Below are positions 42,377 through 48,726 of a stretch of DNA of 48,726 bases, in pieces. Below the pieces are notes generated by a model, which searched no databases, was not told where the DNA came from, and worked only from the letters and a program-made list of their open reading frames with translations. The stretch lies in IMG/VR virus record IMGVR_UViG_3300045988_078204. One strand, 5' to 3'. Position 1 is the stretch's first letter, and each line of letters opens with the position of its first letter. Both the position numbers and the translations under genes were made by a program. The DNA comes from a virus.

Positions 42377-42619
42377 GTGGAACCGATTATAAGAAATGCC
42401 CAAAAAGCAGCTTACATACTCCAGATAGCACCGCAGGCGTTCCGGGAACAGGCAAAGAGGGGCATGAATCAATACAGTCGGGTAGTGAGTGGGAAGAAGA
42501 AAAGGACATACGAGTTTTATCCGTACAAAGCGGCGGAAGATCTGAATGTACCTGTTGAGCATCTGGAAGCGAGAAGCATGGAATATGAAAAACAAAAGGT
42601 AGGTGAGGGAGATGCATAG
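42377..42619 (+). CDS. hypothetical HTH-like protein
   Basis: AAGGAGG lies before GTG 42377, in the frame of track ORF 42329..42619. Contains NAQKAAYILQIAPQAFREQAKRG. Confidence 0.4.
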   Translation: MEPIIRNAQKAAYILQIAPQAFREQAKRGMNQYSRVVSGKKKRTYEFYPYKAAEDLNVPVEHLEARSMEYEKQKVGEGDA

Positions 42620-42887
42620 AAGAAAACTACGGAAATACCGGATCTTGAAAGACATCTGTGCAGTAGTCGGGGGAATTGCCGTACTGGTGATGGCCGGATC
42701 CGCTGACAGTTACAGCCAGAACATTATCTCAACGGCAGAGTTTTTTATGGCGTTCGGGATCGCGCTGGATATGACGGTTGTAGCGTACATGTTGTATGAC
42801 TGTGTGAAAGACAGGGAGAAGCATTATCTCCAGATGAGGGAACTGCGCCGGAGACACCGGCTGCAGGGCATGAAAAAGAGTGCATAG
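42612..42887 (+). CDS. membrane protein (2 TM)
   Basis: Contains ICAVVGGIAVLVMAG and FFMAFGIALDMTVVAYML. The start is ATG 42612 or GTG 42603. Confidence 0.5.
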   Translation: MHRRKLRKYRILKDICAVVGGIAVLVMAGSADSYSQNIISTAEFFMAFGIALDMTVVAYMLYDCVKDREKHYLQMRELRRRHRLQGMKKSA

Positions 42888-42959
42888 GGACGGCAATCCC
42901 ATATATGCACTCGGATAAAAGATCAAGTTAAGTATAGCGCATTTAAGGAGGATTTGCAA

Positions 42960-44393
42960 ATGAGCAAGATTACAAAAATTAAAATCAAAAATCTTTTTGG
43001 TATATCAGAATATAACGGTGATGGTAAAAGTGTAGAACTTTCTGGGCAAAACGGAGTCGGGAAATCATCCGTAATCGACGCAATTAGATACGCACTGACT
43101 AATAAATCTGATCGTAGATACATCGTAAGGAATGGAGAGACAGAGGGAGAGATTCTGATCGAGACTGACAGCGGACTTAGAATCAACAGAAAAGCGAGAA
43201 CAAATCAGGCAGATTATAAAAGCGTGAAACAGAACGGGCATGAAGTTGGCAGTCCGGAAACATTTCTGAAAGACATTTTCACACCGTTGCAGCTTTCGCC
43301 TGTCGAGTTTATGGACAAGACTGAGAAAGAACAGAATGCGATTATTCTGGACATGATCCAGTATGATTGGTCACTACAGACAATTCGAGACTGGTTCGGA
43401 GAAATTCCTGACTGGGTATCTTATGACCAGAATATCCTCCAGATCTTAAATGACATTCAGTCAGAAAAAGGAGATTACTACAGAAACCGTCAGGATGTCA
43501 ACAGAGATATTCGAAATAAGAAATCCTTTATCGAGGACATTGCAAGCGAGATCCCGGAAGGATATGACGCAAAGAAATGGGAAAACGAGAACCTTGGAGA
43601 ACTGTACCAGAAAATCGAGAGGGCAAGGAAAGAGAACGAGAATATCGAAAAGGCGAAACGGTTTGTTGAGCAGAGAGATAACAAGGTTAGATCGTTTGAA
43701 GCAGATAAAGAAATTAAGCTTTCAGCGCTGGACAGAGAATTTGCTGCAGAAAAGGAACGCCTTGTAAAGGAGAAGGAAAGACTTGAAGCACAGCTGAGAG
43801 AAAACGAAATTAGGATGTCTGGACTTGCAGAGAAAAAAGAGGACAAGACAGCAGTGATCAAAAAAGAGTATGAGGCAAATGTGGCGAAGTATGACAGCGC
43901 AATGGAAGAATACAAAGACATTGCAGAGAAAGACCTGATTGACTTCTCTGAACTGCAGGAACAGGCACAGCAGACAGAAAAGATGAAATCCTATCTGAAT
44001 GAGTACAAGAGAATGTTGGATCTACAGGATGAAGTTGCAGAACTTACTGAAGAATCAGAAGAGTACACAAGAAAAATCGAAAAAGCGAGAATGCTTCCAG
44101 GGGAAATTCTTGAAACAGCAACTATCCCGATCAATGGACTGACTGTAAAAGATGGAATCCCACTTATCAATGGACTTCCGATCAGCAATCTTTCAGACGG
44201 AGAAAAACTGGATCTTTGCATTGATGTCGCAATCCAGAAGCCAAACGGACTGCAGATCGTTTTGATTGACGGAGTGGAAAAAATGTCCACGAAAATGAGA
44301 GAGGGCCTTTACAAAAAGTGCAAGGACAAAGGCCTGCAATTTATTGCAACAAGGACAACAGATGAAGAAGATTTGACAGTGATCGAGTTATAA
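42960..44393 (+). CDS. SMC/RecF/SbcC-like AAA ATPase
   Basis: ATG 42960 is 8 nt after GGAGG. Walker A GQNGVGKSS. The centre is a long coiled coil. ABC signature-like LSDGEK and Walker B LQIVLIDGVE. Confidence 0.75.
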   Translation: MSKITKIKIKNLFGISEYNGDGKSVELSGQNGVGKSSVIDAIRYALTNKSDRRYIVRNGETEGEILIETDSGLRINRKARTNQADYKSVKQNGHEVGSPETFLKDIFTPLQLSPVEFMDKTEKEQNAIILDMIQYDWSLQTIRDWFGEIPDWVSYDQNILQILNDIQSEKGDYYRNRQDVNRDIRNKKSFIEDIASEIPEGYDAKKWENENLGELYQKIERARKENENIEKAKRFVEQRDNKVRSFEADKEIKLSALDREFAAEKERLVKEKERLEAQLRENEIRMSGLAEKKEDKTAVIKKEYEANVAKYDSAMEEYKDIAEKDLIDFSELQEQAQQTEKMKSYLNEYKRMLDLQDEVAELTEESEEYTRKIEKARMLPGEILETATIPINGLTVKDGIPLINGLPISNLSDGEKLDLCIDVAIQKPNGLQIVLIDGVEKMSTKMREGLYKKCKDKGLQFIATRTTDEEDLTVIEL

Positions 44394-44405
44394 GGGAGGA
44401 CATTT

Positions 44406-45065
44406 ATGGACGAATTAATGAAACAAGAAATGAAATATGATGTTTCGGCCCCATTTTCTAATGGAGAAAATTTTAATAATTTGTACAAGATGGCTCAACG
44501 AATATCAAAATCGCAGCTTGTTCCGCAAAACTACCAAGGAAAACCGGAGGATTGCATGCTTGCGATTGATATGGCAAACAGGAACGGTATGTCTCCTGTA
44601 ATGGTAATGCAAAATCTTTATGTAGTAAAAGGAAAACCGGTATGGTCCGGACAAGCTTGTATGAGTATGATTAAAGCCTCAAAAGAATTTAAAAATGTAA
44701 GAGTTGTGTATGTTGGAGAAGAAGGTACGGATGAATGGGGCTGTTATGTAAAGGCTACATACAAGGAAACAGGAGAAGAAGCGGTCGGAACGAAAATCAC
44801 AATAAAAATGGCAAAAGACGAAGGATGGTATTCTAAACCGGACAAATACGGAAAAGAAACATCTAAGTGGCAGACGATGCCGCAACAAATGCTTGCGTAT
44901 CGTGCGGCAGCGTTATTTTGTAGGATTTATTTACCAAATGAAATTATGGGATGCTGCGTAGAAGGAGAACCAGAAGATATTGAAACTGTGCCGAAAAAAG
45001 AAGCGGAAAATCCTTTTGATATCGTAGAAAAAGTATCAGAAGAAACGGAGGCGATTTTCAAATGA
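44406..45065 (+). CDS. recT: single-strand annealing protein (RecT/Red-beta-like)
   Basis: 219 aa lying between the ATPase and the exonuclease. The QLVPQNYQGKPEDCMLAIDMANRNGMSPVMVMQNLYVVKGK pattern resembles RecT-type recombinases. Confidence 0.5.
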   Translation: MDELMKQEMKYDVSAPFSNGENFNNLYKMAQRISKSQLVPQNYQGKPEDCMLAIDMANRNGMSPVMVMQNLYVVKGKPVWSGQACMSMIKASKEFKNVRVVYVGEEGTDEWGCYVKATYKETGEEAVGTKITIKMAKDEGWYSKPDKYGKETSKWQTMPQQMLAYRAAALFCRIYLPNEIMGCCVEGEPEDIETVPKKEAENPFDIVEKVSEETEAIFK

Positions 45066-45859
45066 TTTTAACACAGGAAAATTATTATAGCAAAGAAGCA
45101 AATGAAGAATATTTGAGCGTATCGCAGTACAAGGATTTCTGCGGATCTGTCGGAAGACTGGGATGTGAGGAACAGGCACTGGCGAAAATTAGAGGAGACT
45201 ACGAAATGGAAACGACAACGTCTCTCTTGGTTGGGAGTTATGTAGATGCTCATTTCGAAGGAACGCTTAACATATTTCAGGCACAGCACCCAGAAATTTT
45301 CACAAAATCAGGGACGCTGAAAGCAGAGTACCGGAAGGCAGAGGAAATTATAAACAGGATTGAAAAAGACGAACTGTTTATGAAGTTCATGAGCGGGGAA
45401 AAACAGAAGATATTTACAGGAGAATTGTTCGGGGCAAAGTGGAAAGTGAAACTTGACAGCTATCTTCCTGGAATATGCATTACGGACCTGAAAGTGATGA
45501 AATCTCTAAGGGAGGCGCACTATGCGAGAGACATTGGACTCATGGATTTTGTCCGGTACTGGGGATATGACATTCAGGCTGCCGTCTATCAGGAAATCGT
45601 AAGGATCAATACCGGAGAAAAACTTCCGTTTTTCATCGCCGCCGCAAGCAAGGAAAAAGAACCAGATATCGAAATTATTCAGATACCGCAGGAATGGATG
45701 GATGATTGCTTATCTGGAATGGAAATGAATGTGAAGAAAATCATTGCTCTCAAGGATGGCGAAATCGATCCGATCCGGTGTGAAATGTGTGACTGGTGTA
45801 AGAGAACAAAAGTACTGAAGAATCCGATTTATCCGGACATGCTGATAGGAGAGATTTAA
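45062..45859 (+). CDS. PD-(D/E)xK exonuclease (Cas4/RecB-like with C-terminal Cys cluster)
   Basis: Contains ITDLKVMKS (D-x-K) and CEMCDWC near the C-terminus. Start overlaps the upstream stop (ATGA). Confidence 0.65.
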   Translation: MILTQENYYSKEANEEYLSVSQYKDFCGSVGRLGCEEQALAKIRGDYEMETTTSLLVGSYVDAHFEGTLNIFQAQHPEIFTKSGTLKAEYRKAEEIINRIEKDELFMKFMSGEKQKIFTGELFGAKWKVKLDSYLPGICITDLKVMKSLREAHYARDIGLMDFVRYWGYDIQAAVYQEIVRINTGEKLPFFIAAASKEKEPDIEIIQIPQEWMDDCLSGMEMNVKKIIALKDGEIDPIRCEMCDWCKRTKVLKNPIYPDMLIGEI

Positions 45860-46137
45860 TGGAAAAAGGAGATACGGTAGTTACCGAATACGTGGGATAC
45901 TGCTTGATGTGCGGAAAACCGTATAACATAGAGGGGCATCATTTGATTTGCGGATGCGGGAAACGGAAACAAGGGACCGATGATGGACTGCTTATTCCTC
46001 TGTGTCAAGAATGTCACAGGAAACTGCATGAAGATGGAATGAGGATGAAGCTTTCTAAAATGTTGGGGCAGGCAATATATGAGCAGAACCACACAAGGGA
46101 GGAATTCAGGGAACGATATGGGAAATCCTACTTTTGA
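45859..46137 (+). CDS. HNH-like endonuclease
   Basis: Contains EGHHLICGCGKRK...LLIPLCQECHRKLHED. Confidence 0.5.
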   Translation: MEKGDTVVTEYVGYCLMCGKPYNIEGHHLICGCGKRKQGTDDGLLIPLCQECHRKLHEDGMRMKLSKMLGQAIYEQNHTREEFRERYGKSYF

Positions 46138-46522
46138 GATCAGAGGAAAATTTTATAAAGGACATTGTTTCCCTGGACTGAATGAATACATAAAGGAAAT
46201 AGGGAAAAATCCGAAAGCCGGAAATAGGATGAAGCAGGAATATCAAATGATAGCCTGTAATGCAATCAGAATTGGGTTAAAGAGGTTCAAAACTGACAAA
46301 CCAATTATCCTGCACTATGTATTCAAGGAGCCAAAAAAAGGAAATAAAAGAGATAGAATGAACGTCTTTTCATTCGCTGACAAGGTGATCGAAGATGCTT
46401 TGCAAAGAACCGGTGTGATACCGAATGACGATCCAGAACACATCGCTAATACAACGCATGAATTTGAGTACACTTCCGGGGTGCCGAGTATCAAAGTGGA
46501 AATAGAGATTGTCAACAGCTAA
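46118..46522 (+). CDS. rusA: RusA-like Holliday junction resolvase
   Basis: DRMNVFSFADKVIEDALQRTGVIPNDDPEHI resembles the RusA D..N...K.I.DAL...GVI.DD motif. The start is uncertain (46079 or 46118). Confidence 0.5.
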   Translation: MGNPTFEIRGKFYKGHCFPGLNEYIKEIGKNPKAGNRMKQEYQMIACNAIRIGLKRFKTDKPIILHYVFKEPKKGNKRDRMNVFSFADKVIEDALQRTGVIPNDDPEHIANTTHEFEYTSGVPSIKVEIEIVNS

Positions 46523-46608
46523 AGAATAATATATCACATGTCACTCGTAAACATCACGCATAACGAAGTGGATGCCCTCCTGGGAAACCGGGAGGGGAAA
46601 GGAGGAAA

Positions 46609-46956
46609 ATGAGAAAAATTAAAGAACAAGCGCAGGAATATTTCTCCAGGATTCCAGATGGACATAGAAATGCAATACAAAGACCGTGGGACAGAGTAGT
46701 GGATAGAACCCTAAGAGCTATGATTGAAAAAGCAAACAATAACGGAGACTGCATTATTAATGTAGGAGACGGCATTTATAGACCTGTTCCTTGGGATCCG
46801 GTAGATGAAAAAGAATTTCATGAATATTTGAATAAGGAGGACAGCAGAGCCAATGCTATCCAGCTAAAACGGTTGTGTATGCAGAAAACTTTTGAAGGGT
46901 GGAAGAATAATGCGACATACTTTGAGCATAAAAGGGAAACTGAGAAATTTGAGTGA
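46609..46956 (+). CDS. hypothetical protein
   Basis: 115 aa with AAGGAGG RBS. Confidence 0.5.
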   Translation: MRKIKEQAQEYFSRIPDGHRNAIQRPWDRVVDRTLRAMIEKANNNGDCIINVGDGIYRPVPWDPVDEKEFHEYLNKEDSRANAIQLKRLCMQKTFEGWKNNATYFEHKRETEKFE

Positions 46957-47007
46957 TTACATAAAACCAGGAAATACAAATAGATAAGGAAAGAAGGTGC
47001 AGAAGCA

Positions 47008-47853
47008 TTGGCAAGACCGAAAAAGAGCGGTTTGTCATACTTTCCTTTGGATACGGATTTTTTTGAGGACAATAAGATCAGAATCCTGAAAGCCCGGTAT
47101 GGGAATGATGGAATGATTTTATACATTTACCTGTTATGTGGAATCTATAAAGAAGGGTACTACATGCAGGTGGATGATGATTTTGAGTATATTTTATCAG
47201 ATGATCTTGGAATGGATCAAAATAAGGCGAAGCAGGTCTTGAACTTCTTACTGTCACGGTCACTGTTTGACAACACACTTTTTCAGTCGGACAAGGTCTT
47301 GACCTCTGCCGGGATACAGCGGAGATTCCAACTTGCCATCAAGGAACGGGCGAGAAAGAATCCCATAACAGTCGGAAGGTACTGGATTTTAAGTAAGGAA
47401 GATACAGAACCTTTTATTAAGTGTACTCTTTTTGATGGTTTTTCCGGTAATCAGAATTGTTTTTCCGGGAAAAACGAGCAAGATTCCTCGGAAAAATCCC
47501 TAAAGAAAAGTAAAGTAAATTATATATATGATATTACGTTCCCGACAGAACTGACCAGAGCCCTCGATTTGTATTTCCTTGTTCGTGAGCAGAACTACGG
47601 TAAGATCTCCGATATTCAGAAACAGGCGTTGATTGAGGAGTTAAAGGGAATTGGTGCGGACACAAAAGAGCGGATCGCCATCGTGAAGAAAGCAACAGCA
47701 GGAGGATATAAGGCATTTTATCCGACTAAGGGGAAGACGTCTGGCGACTCCCGAAAGAAATCGCAGAAAACCAGATTCAGTAATTTTGAGGAACGTAATT
47801 ACAATATGGACGACTTGGAACGTCAGTTATTAGGAAGTGAGCTAAGGAAATGA
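47008..47853 (+). CDS. replisome organizer (DUF4373 N-terminal domain, DnaD-like)
   Basis: Reads LSYFPLDTDFFEDNKIRILKARYGNDGMILYIYLLCGIYKEGYY. TTG start after GAAGGTG. Confidence 0.7.
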   Translation: MARPKKSGLSYFPLDTDFFEDNKIRILKARYGNDGMILYIYLLCGIYKEGYYMQVDDDFEYILSDDLGMDQNKAKQVLNFLLSRSLFDNTLFQSDKVLTSAGIQRRFQLAIKERARKNPITVGRYWILSKEDTEPFIKCTLFDGFSGNQNCFSGKNEQDSSEKSLKKSKVNYIYDITFPTELTRALDLYFLVREQNYGKISDIQKQALIEELKGIGADTKERIAIVKKATAGGYKAFYPTKGKTSGDSRKKSQKTRFSNFEERNYNMDDLERQLLGSELRK

Positions 47854-47923
47854 AAAAATATGAATTAACAACAGATACAAAAACAAAGATAGTAAATGAG
47901 CTTATGAGAAAGGAGAAGAATTA

Positions 47924-48154
47924 ATGGACAATTTAACACTTGCTATAGAGATCTTGACACGCTGTGAGACGGAGAAAAAGCGACTTGAGGAATACGAAAA
48001 AGAGTATGCGGTCGTAGAAAAAGCCGGGGAAGGGTTCACATGGAAAAAGTGGAACGAAGTATACAACAAATACAATCCCATACCGAAAAAGACACAGATC
48101 AACAGCGGCATAAAATATGCACGGAAGTTACTTGTAGAATCATATATCAAATGA
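47924..48154 (+). CDS. hypothetical protein
   Basis: 76 aa with AAGGAG RBS. Confidence 0.5.
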   Translation: MDNLTLAIEILTRCETEKKRLEEYEKEYAVVEKAGEGFTWKKWNEVYNKYNPIPKKTQINSGIKYARKLLVESYIK

Positions 48155-48169
48155 TTGGAGGAAAAGTGA

Positions 48170-48726
48170 ATGAGTGAAGTAATAAAATCTTATAAGGGTT
48201 TTAATAGAGACCTAACATGCAGAGGAAAACAATATGAGGTAGGGAAAGAATATGAAGAAGATAGAGCACAATCATGTGAATGTGGGATGCACGCCTGCGA
48301 GTATCCGCTTGACTGCTTTTCATACTACGATCCGGCACATTCAGTTTACTATGAGGTTGAGCAGAGTGGAGATTTGTCGAGAAGAGGGGATGATAGTAAA
48401 GTAGCATCCACAAAAATGAAGATCGGAGCTGAAATCAATATTGCAGGAATGGTAAAAGCGTCCATTAATTACATAAGGGAAAGAATCAAGGAAGAAAAAG
48501 GATCTGATGATGACTACGGAGCATCGTTAGCGACAGGGGACTACGGAGCATCGTCAGCGACAGGATACTACGGAGCATCGTCAGCGACAGGATACAAGGG
48601 AGCATCGTTAGCGACAGGGGACTACGGAGCATCGTCAGCGACAGGATACTACGGAGCATCGTCAGCGACAGGATACAAGGGAGCATCGTTAGCGACAGGG
48701 GACTACGGAGCATCGTCAGCGACAGG
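48170..48726 (+). CDS. 5' part of the nonapeptide-repeat protein (continues at window start)
   Basis: GGAGG upstream of ATG 48170. The N-domain reads MSEVIKSYKGFNRDLTCRGKQYEVGKEYEEDRAQSCECGMHACEYPLDCFSYYDPAHSVYYEVEQSGD. Eight 9-aa units then start at 48512. The frame is open to the window end, so it is absent from the ORF track. Confidence 0.8.
   Translation, partial: MSEVIKSYKGFNRDLTCRGKQYEVGKEYEEDRAQSCECGMHACEYPLDCFSYYDPAHSVYYEVEQSGDLSRRGDDSKVASTKMKIGAEINIAGMVKASINYIRERIKEEKGSDDDYGASLATGDYGASSATGYYGASSATGYKGASLATGDYGASSATGYYGASSATGYKGASLATGDYGASSAT
48512..48726 (+). repeat. 27-nt coding tandem repeat (8 units) with an 81-nt super-period
   Basis: The order is DYGASLATG / DYGASSATG / YYGASSATG / YKGASLATG, after which the last three repeat. 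Unit starts: 48512, 48539, 48566, 48593, 48620, 48647, 48674, 48701. Confidence 0.9.

Noticed and set aside
42277-42558. 93-aa ORF (MQYFGECFYCTKRNRC...).
   Set aside because: It overlaps the alternative frame 42329..42619, which has a much better RBS (AAGGAGG before GTG 42377) and an HTH-like segment. A short Cys-rich peptide from 42277 may still be real, but I cannot support it.
42179-42655. 158-aa - strand ORF.
   Set aside because: It is antisense to three small + strand ORFs that have good RBSs. Its composition is typical of an antisense artefact.
48486-48713. 75-aa - strand ORF (MLRSPLSLTMLPCILSLT...).
   Set aside because: It is the reverse-complement reading of the 27-nt coding repeat. 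The + strand frame connects a good RBS and N-domain to the C-domain at the window start.
48512-48726. Possible CRISPR array, because of regular short repeats.
   Set aside because: The units are contiguous, with no spacers. They are a multiple of 3 nt, in frame within a protein gene, and no cas genes are present. The same reasoning applies to the four repeats at 12975-13102.

Overview
The window looks like one complete temperate siphovirus-type phage genome of about 48.6 kb from a Gram-positive, Clostridia-like host. This rests on GGAGG ribosome-binding sites (RBS), a ChW-type endolysin, and a Prp/L27-style processing motif. It appears circularly permuted: the first 79 nt equal the last 79 nt, and one repeat-protein gene is split across the window ends.

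Module order on the + strand:
- 1-7.5 kb: early and accessory small genes (ASCH, YopX, Lar-like, DUF551-like, sigma-region-4-like late regulator).
- 7.6-8.1 kb: mosaic junction with a tRNA-like gene.
- 8.1-12.6 kb: terS, terL, portal, and MuF with a C-terminal extension plus a small partner ORF.
- 12.7-17.7 kb: phage-encoded Prp protease, scaffold, capsid, connectors, major tail protein, and a G/GT chaperone with a UUUUUUA -1 slippery site.
- 17.7-29.2 kb: tape measure protein (TMP), Dit, Tal, tail fibre.
- 29.15-30.1 kb: three small ORFs, each with a poly-G tract.
- 30.1-33.6 kb: unusual Gln/Gly/Cys-rich gene cluster.
- 33.7-35.2 kb: holin and amidase endolysin.

The lysogeny operon lies on the - strand at 35.5-39.3 kb: integrase, lipoprotein, HsdR_N-like PD-(D/E)xK protein, ImmA-like remnant, cI-like repressor.

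Back on the + strand: cro-like gene, an iteron/AT-rich origin-like region (40.9-41.3 kb), a recombination module (SMC-like ATPase, annealing protein, PD-(D/E)xK exonuclease, HNH, RusA-like), a replisome organizer, and the repeat protein.

All family names come from motif recognition by eye. No database search was possible. Start codons are best guesses from RBS spacing.
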